Assembly (NCBI GenBank): GCA_047947115.1
Contig: CP170459.1
Span: 5,344,001 to 5,408,000 of the forward strand
Direction of reading: 5' to 3'
Length of the DNA stretch: 64,000 bases
From: Verrucomicrobiota bacterium
GTDB taxonomy: Bacteria; Verrucomicrobiota; Verrucomicrobiia; Limisphaerales; AAA164-E04
The notes under the pieces are model-generated. The model was not told the DNA's origin, did not search any database, and saw nothing but the letters and a program-made list of their open reading frames with translations. A program made the position numbers and the translations under genes. Each line of letters opens with the position of its first letter. The first letter of the stretch is position 1. Of the stretch, positions 19,690 to 29,512 are shown one piece after another.

Positions 19690-20628
19690 GTGGCTTTTGT
19701 GGAAGAAGAACAACCCAATGCACAGTGGTGCATCATCCCCACGAAACATCGTAATCAGGCGATGGACTGGAGTTTGGTGCTGACCAGCCAGAAAATTGCG
19801 ACGGAAATCCTGGCATTTCCGGAGGGGAAGGCCCCTTACGGCCTGAAGGTTCAGCACTCGGACCTGGTCCGGGCTCAGGACGCCATCCGGCGCTTCCAGC
19901 ACGAAAACGTCTCCTCCCCCTGGCACAAACAATTGCCCGCAAGCGGATTCAGTTTCAATTGGGCATGCTTACTCTGGTGTCTCGTGCTCTGCATCTTCGC
20001 ATGGCTGGGATGGACCGCCCGTCCCGAGATTCAACTGGCCGGCATCATGAAAAGCAGGGAAGTCATCGAAGGCAACGCCTGGTGGCAGACGGTCACTGCG
20101 GTCATGTTACACGCTGATATCGGTCACCTGGCATCAAATGTTTCGTCCGGATTCCTTCTTCTGGGTTTGGCCATGGGACGTTTTGGTGCAGGTCCCGCAC
20201 TTCTGGCAGCCTTCTTATGTGGCGTCTGGGGTAATTTTTTCGGTTTATGGATCCATGAAACACCTTACCGAGGGCTGGGAGCTTCCGGCATGATGATGGG
20301 CGCATTGGGAATGCTCGGCCCCCATTCCATTCAGCTCCTCAAAAAGCATCCACAAGCAGGACGCATCATTGTGGGAGGCATCCTTGCGGTCACCATGCTT
20401 TTTGCACTTTGGGGTTTGTCACCAAGCAGTGACGTGGCCGCTCATCTGGGCGGATTCATCAGCGGGCTCGGCATGGGAGCACTCCTGGGACTCATACCGG
20501 AAAAGCAACTCCAAGCCTGGAGATTGAACATGCTTTGCAGCTTGTTGCTAACCTTTCTGCTCGTCTGGGCATGGAGAATGGCTTTGACTGGTGGGCGACC
20601 ATTCGATTGGAGAGCGATCGGGTGGTAG
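19690..20628 (+). CDS. Rhomboid family intramembrane serine protease
   Basis: H...HLASN, GASG (catalytic Ser), AHLGG (catalytic His), multiple TM helices. Confidence 0.92.
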   Translation: MAFVEEEQPNAQWCIIPTKHRNQAMDWSLVLTSQKIATEILAFPEGKAPYGLKVQHSDLVRAQDAIRRFQHENVSSPWHKQLPASGFSFNWACLLWCLVLCIFAWLGWTARPEIQLAGIMKSREVIEGNAWWQTVTAVMLHADIGHLASNVSSGFLLLGLAMGRFGAGPALLAAFLCGVWGNFFGLWIHETPYRGLGASGMMMGALGMLGPHSIQLLKKHPQAGRIIVGGILAVTMLFALWGLSPSSDVAAHLGGFISGLGMGALLGLIPEKQLQAWRLNMLCSLLLTFLLVWAWRMALTGGRPFDWRAIGW

Positions 20629-20653
20629 GGATGAGTTGAGACGCGTTGCGTCG

Positions 20654-20900
20654 GCAGGGATGTCCGCGATACATCGGGACTGCGCGTCCGGTGGCGCGTC
20701 CGCATGACGCATCAGGTATGCTTACACTTCCAACGCGATCGCGGCCCCGCGGCAGCGGGACCCTACCCATCAAGACGCTTTGCGTCGGTAGGGATGTCCG
20801 CGATACATCGGGACTGCGCGTCCGGGGGCGCGTCCGCATGACGCATCAGGTATGCTTATACTTCCAACGCGATCGCGGCCCCGCGGCAGCGGGGCCCTAC
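20654..20900. repeat. REP doublet cluster 1: two units, 134-bp period
   Basis: G(C/T)AGGGATGTCCGCGATACATCGGGACTGCGCGTCC...GGCCCCGCGGCAGCGGG(A/G)CCCTAC at 20654-20766 and 20788-20900. Confidence 0.9.
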
Positions 20901-20910
20901 CGGTAGGATC

Positions 20911-23655
20911 CTAGCGGTCGTCTTCCGCCAGTTCCGTTACCTGAAAGAACTGTTCTTTGAAGGCATCCACCTTGAGGATCCATTCGGAATTGGTGGAGTG
21001 ACTGGTGATGACGGTTAATGGCTGGAGCGTTGCCGTGCTGGTGGCAACTGTGCGCACTTCATACTGTTTGCCTGGCCTAGACGGCCAACTCAGGCGCAAA
21101 TGTTCTTCGTCCAGATAATCCAAGGCCACTTCGAGATGAAAATCCGATTCAAGAGGATGGGTTCCCAACAACTGTTCGCGCGCGTTTTGTGAACCATCTT
21201 CATCCGGATCATCCAACGCGGTGGCATCCAGATTACCAAAGTGGGATTGCTCCCATCCGTCATCCAATCCATCATCATCACTGTCATTGATCTCAGTCCC
21301 CAAAATGGTCAGTCTCATAGAACGGATGGCACCTGTGTCGGGTTCATCCTGATCAGTAATGTAAACCTTCCAGATTCCGGCAGTCGGTTCGTAAAAATGC
21401 CGCGTGGTGCGATATGCCCATCGCAGAGGACCGCTGGATTGATCGAAATTCAAACGCTGCAGCACGCTCCGCGTTCCACTGGGCGATTCCAGCACAATAC
21501 GCAACTGACCTCTGCTGGTATGATCAGAATCCACTATCAATTCCACATGTTCACAACTAAAAGTGTCCTTCACCTCAATTTCATAGAGCGCGAAATTCAT
21601 TTCCAACTGCATGCGCACGCTTGGATCGTTCTCCACCAGTTCAGAAAGGGGTTCTCCGTGTTCACGAGAGATGAAAAAAGCCGGCAAAGGGGTGTAATCA
21701 GTCCCGGCCATGCGAATGAGTTCATCCTCGAGTTGATGGTTGTATATCACGACAAACTGAGCGCCGGCATTGGCCGCGTTGCGAATTTTTTCATCAAACG
21801 TTGTGGTGCCTCGTCGAACAAGAGCCCCTTTTCCGGTCAAATCATCGGCAATGGGATCGATCGCTCTGTTTTGAAAGCTCATCTCAAGGAAACCTGTCGG
21901 AACATCCGGCTGAATCCCCATGGTGGTGGACGCTGGAACGTCTTTGAGATCATCAGGAACAGTATCACCGATCACCTTGAGGCGTAGTCCGTGATTGGGT
22001 ATGTCCTTCCTTAGCTGCGTGGTGATGCTCGAAATTTCCAATGGCCCTCTGGGCACCCATGTCCGGGCCAATCTCACGACTTCAGCGGCGTCGGGTATGC
22101 CAAAACCAACGTTATGGCTGTGCCGAAACCCTGCCGCATTTGTCACCAAATCCGGATCCTCTTCGAACACATGACGTGCAGATGCCAAAAGGATCTGCTG
22201 CACATCACGGGCAGACAGGTCCGGATTGACTGACAATGCCAACCCTGCCAACCCCGAAATCAGCGGAGCCGCCGCACTCGTGCCAATGAAACCCCGTTCG
22301 TTCGGAATGTAATCCCCCCCAAACGCTCCCTCATCCTGATTAAACCCTCGGCTGCCCAAAACATCTGTCGTGAACAATCCATCATCCAGCTCGCCGCCCG
22401 GTGCGGCCACAAGCAGGGCGGCACCCCAGTTTGAATAAGTGGTGGCCCGCCCGGTGCGATCAACGGCGGCAACAGCAATCGCGGTGTGCATGGAGGTGTA
22501 TCCGTCATCGTTGACATCGCCCAACCCCGGGTGAAGACTGCCGCTGTTGCGATCATTCCCCCCGGCGCGGACCATCACGATTCCCTTTCCGGAACGTCCA
22601 TGATGAAAAGCGTTGGAGATGGATAACCGTTCCAAAAACGAAGGGCCTTCCTGCTCGGGAAACGCATTGCCCCAACTATGGTTCTGCACTGGCACAGCTT
22701 CGTTATCTGTTTCATACATTTCGGAAAGCTGCAGCGAATCAGCAATACTCCCGCCTAATCCAAAGATGACCCAACTGGAAAGTTCAGCTCCGGGAGCCAC
22801 ACCTGTAATACCTACCTGATTGCCAGCAGCAGCACCGATCAGACCTGCCACGGCGGTTCCGTGAAACAAGGATCCGGTCATTGGATTGCCGTCGCGGCTG
22901 CCGTTGATGAAGTTATGATTGAAATCAGCGTTGATCTGACCGGAAAGATCGGGATGATTCAAATCCACTCCGGTGTCCACCACCGCCAGCCGGACACCTT
23001 CGCCCTGACTCATCGGCCAGGCACCACGGACATTCAAATCCACTCCGGAAAGCTGTAACGTGACCGAATCTCTTTGCTCCAAATGCCATTGACGTTCGTA
23101 ATATGGATCATCCGGCTTTGCAGCAAACTGAGAGCGTGTCTGAAACGGTTTTTTCTCAACCGGGTAACATGCCAGAACATCCGGGTCATGACGCATATTG
23201 GATGCCGCAGCCAGGGCCTGAATGGGAGTGTCAGCTTGCAAAACAAAAACCCCTTGATGCCGTGTGGGTTGAAGGACATCCAACCCATAACGCTCCACCA
23301 CCCCTTCCAGTGAAGCCTCACCCTGCAAGTGAAGAATCAATCTTCGATCCATTTCGATGCTCGAAAGCTGCTCCGGGTGACGCCTTATCTGCAAAGTATC
23401 CGATTCTTTCCTCAAGGAAGGCGTCAGAAGCCCGGCGCTTGCATCCACCCAATAAATGGTTGGTTCAGGTGTATTTAGCTCAAATGAATCCCATACGTTT
23501 TGTGCCAGCGCGCTCGTGGGGATGCTGATCTGCATCACCCAAAAGGCCAGGCAGGAGGCTGTTTGCATCCTGAAATAAAATTGTGCTCGTTGTTTTTCCA
23601 TGCCAATCACCATGTCATCATTGATCCCTGCGCTGACGCAGCAATTATCGTGCAA
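20911..23655 (-). CDS. Secreted S8 (kexin/furin-like) serine protease with PA and P-proprotein domains (true start probably downstream of 23655)
   Basis: Catalytic triad motifs VVDTG, HGTAVAG and GTSAAAP; GFRHSHNVGFG; PA domain (LVRRGTTTFDEKIRNAANAGA); P domain (QLRIVLESPSGT); DSDDDGLDDGWE motif. Confidence 0.92.
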   Translation of the reverse strand: MHDNCCVSAGINDDMVIGMEKQRAQFYFRMQTASCLAFWVMQISIPTSALAQNVWDSFELNTPEPTIYWVDASAGLLTPSLRKESDTLQIRRHPEQLSSIEMDRRLILHLQGEASLEGVVERYGLDVLQPTRHQGVFVLQADTPIQALAAASNMRHDPDVLACYPVEKKPFQTRSQFAAKPDDPYYERQWHLEQRDSVTLQLSGVDLNVRGAWPMSQGEGVRLAVVDTGVDLNHPDLSGQINADFNHNFINGSRDGNPMTGSLFHGTAVAGLIGAAAGNQVGITGVAPGAELSSWVIFGLGGSIADSLQLSEMYETDNEAVPVQNHSWGNAFPEQEGPSFLERLSISNAFHHGRSGKGIVMVRAGGNDRNSGSLHPGLGDVNDDGYTSMHTAIAVAAVDRTGRATTYSNWGAALLVAAPGGELDDGLFTTDVLGSRGFNQDEGAFGGDYIPNERGFIGTSAAAPLISGLAGLALSVNPDLSARDVQQILLASARHVFEEDPDLVTNAAGFRHSHNVGFGIPDAAEVVRLARTWVPRGPLEISSITTQLRKDIPNHGLRLKVIGDTVPDDLKDVPASTTMGIQPDVPTGFLEMSFQNRAIDPIADDLTGKGALVRRGTTTFDEKIRNAANAGAQFVVIYNHQLEDELIRMAGTDYTPLPAFFISREHGEPLSELVENDPSVRMQLEMNFALYEIEVKDTFSCEHVELIVDSDHTSRGQLRIVLESPSGTRSVLQRLNFDQSSGPLRWAYRTTRHFYEPTAGIWKVYITDQDEPDTGAIRSMRLTILGTEINDSDDDGLDDGWEQSHFGNLDATALDDPDEDGSQNAREQLLGTHPLESDFHLEVALDYLDEEHLRLSWPSRPGKQYEVRTVATSTATLQPLTVITSHSTNSEWILKVDAFKEQFFQVTELAEDDR

Positions 23656-23869
23656 ACTTAAAACCGCGCCAGAAGGAGCAAATTACACCAAAAAATCGAT
23701 TTATCCATCGTTTTGTCCCTCAAACAGTCTCCCGCATCCAATCATCACCTCAAAAAAAGATCGATCGGAAGGCGTTCTCTCAACAACGCGACCTTCGGAG
23801 GGGAGCCAGGAAAAATGGCAGATTTTTAATAAAACACATGATATAAGAGCTTTTTTAATGCTTATTTCT

Positions 23870-23971
23870 AAAAGTATTTGCGCATGAGGGCTCGCTGATG
23901 CTTCTTATTCTCATGCCCGCTGCGCTAGAGACGCAGTGACGCAGAGTTTTTTCTGAAATGACTTTTGGCAA
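23870..23971. repeat. Dispersed ~105-bp repeat, family B, copy 1
   Basis: AAAAGTATTTGCGCA..AGGGCTCGCTGATGCTTCTTATTCTCA.GCCCGCTGCGCTAG...GACGCAGAGTTTTTTCTGAAAT.ACTTTTGGCAA; near-identical to 62768-62877. Confidence 0.88.
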
Positions 23972-24027
23972 GCTTTGTATATACGAATTCCACGGTGACC
24001 AATCTTGTTTGGAACGGTTAAAAGTAG

Positions 24028-24384
24028 ATGGAATCGATCATATCCCGAACCTTTCCAGCCAATATTGAGGTGGTCACGGATTACTCTCGAGATTTGAAGG
24101 CAACCAACGGGACGGATGCCATCGTGCAGGCCACGGATTATCGGGCCGACATGTATGCCATCATCACAGACTTCCACATGCCCCATATCGGAGGGCTCGT
24201 CTTTTTAAGGTTGCTTCGACAGATGCTTCCCGAAACACCCTTGATCGTCACCAGCGGAAATCTTGAAAAGGATGATTTGAGTGAACTCAAAAACCTGAAC
24301 ATCTCTTCAGTCATCGAAAAACCCTTCAACAGAGAAGCATTGGTGGGGAGCCTTGCCAACATCGACGTCATTCAATCCTGGTGA
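24028..24384 (+). pseudogene. Truncated receiver-domain ORF, probably a deleted hybrid histidine kinase remnant
   Basis: Has IITDFHMP, IVTSG and EKPF, but lacks the beta1 acidic pocket. The N-terminus RTFPANIEVVTDYSRDL resembles the start of a hybrid-kinase HATPase domain. Confidence 0.6.
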
Positions 24385-24408
24385 ACCTGTCCAGGAAGAT
24401 TTGATTCA

Positions 24409-25617
24409 CTACAATACCGGCGGTGTGCCGATTTTCCACAAGGTCTGGTCGCTACGAATGAACAGTGCACCATGCGCGATGGAAGGAGTTCCCAGCACAG
24501 TCTGGCCAAGATCAAGTGTGGAAACCACTTCGCCTTCTTGAGCCGCTACATCCACCACCTGGAGAAGCCCAGCCTCGTTGACCCAATATTGAAACGTTCC
24601 AAACCCAACCGCGGATGCACTGAAAGGCCCCTTGAGGCGCAATTGCCATTCGCGCTTTCCCCCATCCAGACTGCCACGAGTCAAAACTCCGGCATTGTTC
24701 ACAACAAACACGCCATTGTCCATGACCATGGGGCTCGCGGTCGCCGGGCTCAGAGCGCGGGAACGCCATAACATTGGAATTTCCTCCTGATGTCCGGACA
24801 CATCCAGAGCAGTGATCCCATGAGATGGCGAAAGCAGCGTCGAACCAAACAGCACACTGGAAGGAATGGTTGCAGCCCCGTCCGAATAAGAAGAAATCAG
24901 TGCACCGGTGCGAGCATTCACCACATGTATCCCCTTCCCCGACTGCAAGGCCACTGATGGAACCGCAGCATCATGCAAGGGAACTGGAGAAGTCCAATTG
25001 GCTCCCTTGGGGCGCGCCATTTGCCAAAGATTCTTTCCGTCTGCCAACCTCACCCCCAATACAAGGGACTGACTGTCATTCTCTACCTGGGTGATCAACA
25101 CACCATCCACAATGACCGGACTGCTGGCCATGCCCAGACTGTTGGAAACATTGGGATAATCGACCGTAATACCTCGCAACCATTCCAGATTTCCATCCAG
25201 ATCCAGGCAAACGAGGTCATTGGATGAATAGAGAGCCACCACGTGCTGCCCATCCGAGACCGGAGTGGGCGCAGCCACACAGGTTTTCTCATGACACATG
25301 GTTCGCCCGGTAGCCCAGAAAGTTCGTTTCCAAAGTTGCTGACCGGAGCGGACATCAAAACAGAGAACGAGCAGTCGCTCCTGTTCACTGCCTTCAGCGG
25401 CTGTCACAAAAATTTTATCCCCAACAATGATCGGGCTGGACAAACCCCTTCCGGGAAGAGCGGCTTTCCAAAGGATATGACCGGCCCCCAATTCGGTGGG
25501 CAAATTCTCTTCGGTGGTCAATCCCGTTGAAGCCGGACCGCGAAATTGTTTCCAATCGTCAGATAACAAAGTCGTCGCATAGAGCAAACAAAGGATGAGC
25601 AATCTATTTGAACGCAT
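24409..25617 (-). CDS. PQQ-binding-like beta-propeller protein
   Basis: DWKQFRGP, WKAALPGRGLSSPII, repeated G..LW and SSP motifs. Confidence 0.9.
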   Translation of the reverse strand: MRSNRLLILCLLYATTLLSDDWKQFRGPASTGLTTEENLPTELGAGHILWKAALPGRGLSSPIIVGDKIFVTAAEGSEQERLLVLCFDVRSGQQLWKRTFWATGRTMCHEKTCVAAPTPVSDGQHVVALYSSNDLVCLDLDGNLEWLRGITVDYPNVSNSLGMASSPVIVDGVLITQVENDSQSLVLGVRLADGKNLWQMARPKGANWTSPVPLHDAAVPSVALQSGKGIHVVNARTGALISSYSDGAATIPSSVLFGSTLLSPSHGITALDVSGHQEEIPMLWRSRALSPATASPMVMDNGVFVVNNAGVLTRGSLDGGKREWQLRLKGPFSASAVGFGTFQYWVNEAGLLQVVDVAAQEGEVVSTLDLGQTVLGTPSIAHGALFIRSDQTLWKIGTPPVL

Positions 25618-25676
25618 TGGGGAATTCTAAAGAAAACCATGAACGAATCAACGTTAAGTTCCGAGGCCATCAAGAT

Positions 25677-25707
25677 AAAAAAGGCGCGACTGACCCGTCG
25701 CGCCTTT
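25677..25707 (-). terminator. Terminator after the octaheme cytochrome operon
   Basis: Minus strand reads AAAGGCGCGAC-GGGTCA-GTCGCGCCTTTTTT. Confidence 0.8.
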
Positions 25708-25755
25708 GCTGGAAGAACACATCCCCCAGGGTAATATCTGCTCAAAAGGGCAAGG

Positions 25756-27255
25756 TTATTGATATCTGGATTTGAATTCCGCTGCCGATTTGGCACGTCG
25801 TTCCTGTTCGGCCGGATCCATCTTATTGAGATACCAGGCGTGATTTTTATTGTTCAATGTCTCATCAAGCAACTTGCCCAGAGCCTCGGCGGCCGCTTTT
25901 CTCTCGGCAACGTCCGAATGCAGATTGTGCTCAACCAGCTCTTTCAGTTCCGGAATATACTCCGTGTAGAAATTACGGGCGATTTCATAGGTACCATGCC
26001 AGTGTGTATAATCCGGCCCCATCATGGAAGCACCATGGCGGGCTCTCCGTCCTTCGTGATGCCAAATTTCAAACCAGACAAAGTCTATTTTATTGCTGAA
26101 CTTGGGCTTGCTCAGCAAGGGTTGAGCGGCGTTGTACAGAGCCAGGCCAGGCTCAGCGAATTTCTCATGATAGAGATCAATAAGACCATCGTATTGCACA
26201 TAAAACCCGTCCACAAAACTTTGGGCATGGCAGTTGATGCAGACATTGTTCATGTTGGCGCGCCTTTCTTCCCAACTGATATCCTTGCCAGGCAAACCCA
26301 TTTTGGCATCCGACACTTCAGGTCGAACGGATATGGCTGGTCGATTGTTCCAAGAAATGCGAAGGCCGATATCGTGAGTCACCGGCTGGTCCGGCGTGGC
26401 GCTCATGTGGCAGGTGGCACAGGTCGGCGCTGCGTTGTAATCCTCCCCCACCACCCATTTGGGACTGTCGAGATTCATCTTATCGATGTTGGCACGATAA
26501 GCGATACCGTGTTTTGATTCGTTGTAGATTTCGATCTGAGGATGATCAGGGCCCATGTGGCATTTACCACAGGTATCGGGAGTTCTTGCCTGAGCGGCTG
26601 AAAACTCGTGCCGTGAATGACAAGCCGAACAAGCTCCTTCGCTGCCGTCCGGGTTGATACGTCCTATACCGGTATTGGGCCAGGTCACGGGGTCCAATTG
26701 CCCCCCTTCCAGAACTTTGACAATGGAACCATGGCACTGCCAACAGCCATTCACGGCGGCAGCAGAATTTCCATGAGGAAAACCGGGGGTGACAAGCCCC
26801 TGATTGCCTTCCACCACTTCGGCCAGGATATTGTCCAACGAACCAAGAATGCGCCCACCTTTGGCATGATGAGATGTGGCAAACTCATGGACCTCTTTTT
26901 CATGGCAACGAGAACAATCTTTCGGCGTCACCAAAATGGAAATCATCTCGCCATAATGCTCAAAAGCATCCTCTTCCCCCTCCTGAGCCATGTGACACTC
27001 AAAACACCCAACGTTGGCCCGGTAATGTTTACTCGAACCCCACTGTTCATAGATGGAGGTGTTATCCACCTTGTGACAAGCCACGCACGTTTGCGATTCC
27101 ACGGACAACTCTTTCAAGGTAAAGGCGCTGAGAGCTGTTGCGTGTGCCATCATGAGGACCGCCACGGTCATCAACCAACATTTCCACTTAGATTTCATGA
27201 TATGATAGTTATTGTTCAATTTTCTTGGTTCGTGAAAGGTGCGTTTTGGTTTCAA
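25756..27255 (-). CDS. Octaheme cytochrome c of the hydroxylamine oxidoreductase (HAO) family
   Basis: Eight CxxCH motifs: CVACH, CFECH, CSRCH, CWQCH, CSACH, CGKCH, CATCH, CINCH. Family motifs CHMGPDHPQIEIYNESKHG, APTCATCHMS and WHHEGRRARHGASMMGPDYTHWHG; signal peptide. Confidence 0.9.
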   Translation of the reverse strand: MKPKRTFHEPRKLNNNYHIMKSKWKCWLMTVAVLMMAHATALSAFTLKELSVESQTCVACHKVDNTSIYEQWGSSKHYRANVGCFECHMAQEGEEDAFEHYGEMISILVTPKDCSRCHEKEVHEFATSHHAKGGRILGSLDNILAEVVEGNQGLVTPGFPHGNSAAAVNGCWQCHGSIVKVLEGGQLDPVTWPNTGIGRINPDGSEGACSACHSRHEFSAAQARTPDTCGKCHMGPDHPQIEIYNESKHGIAYRANIDKMNLDSPKWVVGEDYNAAPTCATCHMSATPDQPVTHDIGLRISWNNRPAISVRPEVSDAKMGLPGKDISWEERRANMNNVCINCHAQSFVDGFYVQYDGLIDLYHEKFAEPGLALYNAAQPLLSKPKFSNKIDFVWFEIWHHEGRRARHGASMMGPDYTHWHGTYEIARNFYTEYIPELKELVEHNLHSDVAERKAAAEALGKLLDETLNNKNHAWYLNKMDPAEQERRAKSAAEFKSRYQ

Positions 27256-28466
27256 GCTCTACCGGCGGATGCGCTCAATTGACCTTTGAGGATCGGAATG
27301 GCCATACGCAGCATCCATGAATATACAAGGGCTCCGAAAGCCCAGATCCCCATGCAAACCAGGGTTTCATTCAAAGTGGGTTGATATTCCACCACCTGCC
27401 CCAAAGGCGTGGGAACAAATCCGGGAATAATGAGACCCATACCTTTTTCAATCCAGATCCCGACAAACAAAAGCAGGCACGCTATGTTCAGCACTCCCAG
27501 TTTTTGACTGATGGGCAGGACCAAAAGGATCATGGCCACCAAGTTCATACTTATGGCCGCCCAAATCCATGGAACCAGCTGATCATGCCCGTGAAGACCC
27601 ATAAATAAATACTGGGCTGAAACGACATGGTAAGTGCCGGAATAAAACTCTGTAAAAACCTCACATCCCAACAAAAAGATATTCACCAACATGGCCACCG
27701 TGATGATTTTTCTGAGCAGGAGTATGGATTCATTACTGATGGTGAAATGAGCCATTTTGCGGATGAATTGAAAGGTAATGATCAATAGGGCCGGTCCAGC
27801 CGCAAACGCGGATGCCAGGAACCGGGGTGCAACGATGGGATGATTCCAGAAGGGCCTTCCAGCCAGGCCCACATATAAGAAGGCGGTGACTGTATGAATA
27901 CTCACAGCCCAGATGATGGCAATAAAAACCACCGGCACATAAAATTTCTTGGTGGGCGGCTTGGCGCGAAATTTGCAGTAAAGCAGATAACCGCATATGT
28001 GCAGATTGAGTATCAGGTATCCATTCAGGACAATCACGTCCCAGGACAACATGGAAATAGGGAAATTCATTTTCCCAAACGGTGGAATCAGGTGCAGAAA
28101 ACGGTCCGGTCTCCCCAGATCGACAGTGACAAACAGAAGGCACATCACAATCACCGCAATGGCCATGAGCTCACCAAAAAGAACCACTTCGTGCATCGCC
28201 TTGTTTTTGTAAACATAAGCGGGAATCACCAACATCACGGCAGCGGCCGCCACCCCGACCAAAAAGGTGAAATTGGCAATGTAAGCTCCCCAACTGACCT
28301 GGTCGGTCAACCCCGTGCTTTCCAGGCCTGCGACAAATTGTTTTGCATAGGCATTCAGTCCAATCAATGACAAGACCGCCAACATGCCCATCCAAAGATA
28401 GTAACCCCAGCCCCCTTGCAAGGAAACCTTCAACGCACGCCACAAAAATAAGAAATAGTCTTTCAT
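27252..28466 (-). CDS. NrfD/PsrC/DsrP-family polytopic membrane subunit
   Basis: WGAYIANFTFLVGVAAA, DLGRPDRF, SIHTVTAFL, WIEKGMGLIIPG; about 10 TM helices. Confidence 0.92.
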   Translation of the reverse strand: MKDYFLFLWRALKVSLQGGWGYYLWMGMLAVLSLIGLNAYAKQFVAGLESTGLTDQVSWGAYIANFTFLVGVAAAAVMLVIPAYVYKNKAMHEVVLFGELMAIAVIVMCLLFVTVDLGRPDRFLHLIPPFGKMNFPISMLSWDVIVLNGYLILNLHICGYLLYCKFRAKPPTKKFYVPVVFIAIIWAVSIHTVTAFLYVGLAGRPFWNHPIVAPRFLASAFAAGPALLIITFQFIRKMAHFTISNESILLLRKIITVAMLVNIFLLGCEVFTEFYSGTYHVVSAQYLFMGLHGHDQLVPWIWAAISMNLVAMILLVLPISQKLGVLNIACLLLFVGIWIEKGMGLIIPGFVPTPLGQVVEYQPTLNETLVCMGIWAFGALVYSWMLRMAIPILKGQLSASAGRA

Positions 28467-28497
28467 ACTCTATGCACCCCTCACTCATCCAACCGCA

Positions 28498-29469
28498 TCA
28501 TCCAAAGAAGTAATAAAACCTGGGAAGCGTACCTGAATCTTCCTTAAGGATGTAAACTCTCTTGTTTTTCAGGATGTAATTAATCTCACTGTCCGGATCC
28601 AGCAGGTTTCCAAAAACCCTGGCCCCGGTCGGACACACTTCCAAACAGGCCGGGTAACGCCCTTCTCTGGTCCGGTGGAGACAAAACGTGCATTTCTCCA
28701 CGACGCCGGAGGGCCGAATGCGATTACTCAAATAATTCTGATTGGGGTTCACCACTTCTTGCGGGACTTTTGGTTTGCCCCAATTGAACCGACGCGCATC
28801 GTAAGGACAGGCCGCCATGCAGTAACGACACCCGATGCACCAGTTGTAATCCACCACCACCACTCCATCAGGCTCCTGCCAGGTGGCTTCCACCGGGCAG
28901 GCTCTGGTGCAGGGAGATTCGCGGCATTGATGACATTGCACCGGCATATAGAACGTGTCATCCGACGGAACTTCACCGGTATAGTATTGATCGGAAGTTT
29001 CCACATTGAGAGCCCCCTTTTTCATCTGAAGGACCCGAATGTAGGACATATTGATGTCCTCCTCATCGTTCCTGGATTGATTATTTTCCGCCAAGCAGGC
29101 GTGGGCACACCTCCGACACCCGACACATTTGGTCAAGCTGAGAGCGTAGCCAAACTCAACGCCGTCACCCGCAGGGACATCTCTCAAGTTAGGTTTGACT
29201 CCATACTCTTGTTCGCATTTTTCGGTTAATCTGGCCATGATGCGGTCCAGATCATCCTTGGAAAGTTCCTTGTAATGTTTTTGTAGCAGATCACTTAACG
29301 TGATCTGACCGGACTCCAACTCCAACAATGGCCTCAGCGCCGCCACCAGTCCAGCCACACCCGCGACACCCGCGCCGGCTGCTTTGAGAAACGTTCGACG
29401 GGATTGTACTGTTGCACTGCCTGAGCCCTTGTTCGGGTGAGAAGGTTTTGTTCCGGATTGACTGGCCAT
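28498..29469 (-). CDS. Tat-exported 4x[4Fe-4S] protein (NrfC/DsrO-like)
   Basis: SRRTFLK Tat motif; CVGCRRCAHAC, CHQCRESPCTRACP, CIGCRYCMAACP, CTFC...ACLEVCP. Confidence 0.92.
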   Translation of the reverse strand: MASQSGTKPSHPNKGSGSATVQSRRTFLKAAGAGVAGVAGLVAALRPLLELESGQITLSDLLQKHYKELSKDDLDRIMARLTEKCEQEYGVKPNLRDVPAGDGVEFGYALSLTKCVGCRRCAHACLAENNQSRNDEEDINMSYIRVLQMKKGALNVETSDQYYTGEVPSDDTFYMPVQCHQCRESPCTRACPVEATWQEPDGVVVVDYNWCIGCRYCMAACPYDARRFNWGKPKVPQEVVNPNQNYLSNRIRPSGVVEKCTFCLHRTREGRYPACLEVCPTGARVFGNLLDPDSEINYILKNKRVYILKEDSGTLPRFYYFFG

Positions 29470-29512
29470 AATCGTTTGAAAAAGTTAAATATGCAATTCG
29501 CCACATCGGCAC

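Noticed and set aside
25756..27255. HAO-like gene as evidence of ammonia oxidation or anammox
   Set aside because: No amo, cycAB or hzs genes, and the sequence appears to be the type lacking the Tyr cross-link.
27252..29469. DsrOP-like genes as evidence of sulfate reduction
   Set aside because: No dsrAB or dsrMKJ in the window; NrfCD-type modules serve many different complexes.
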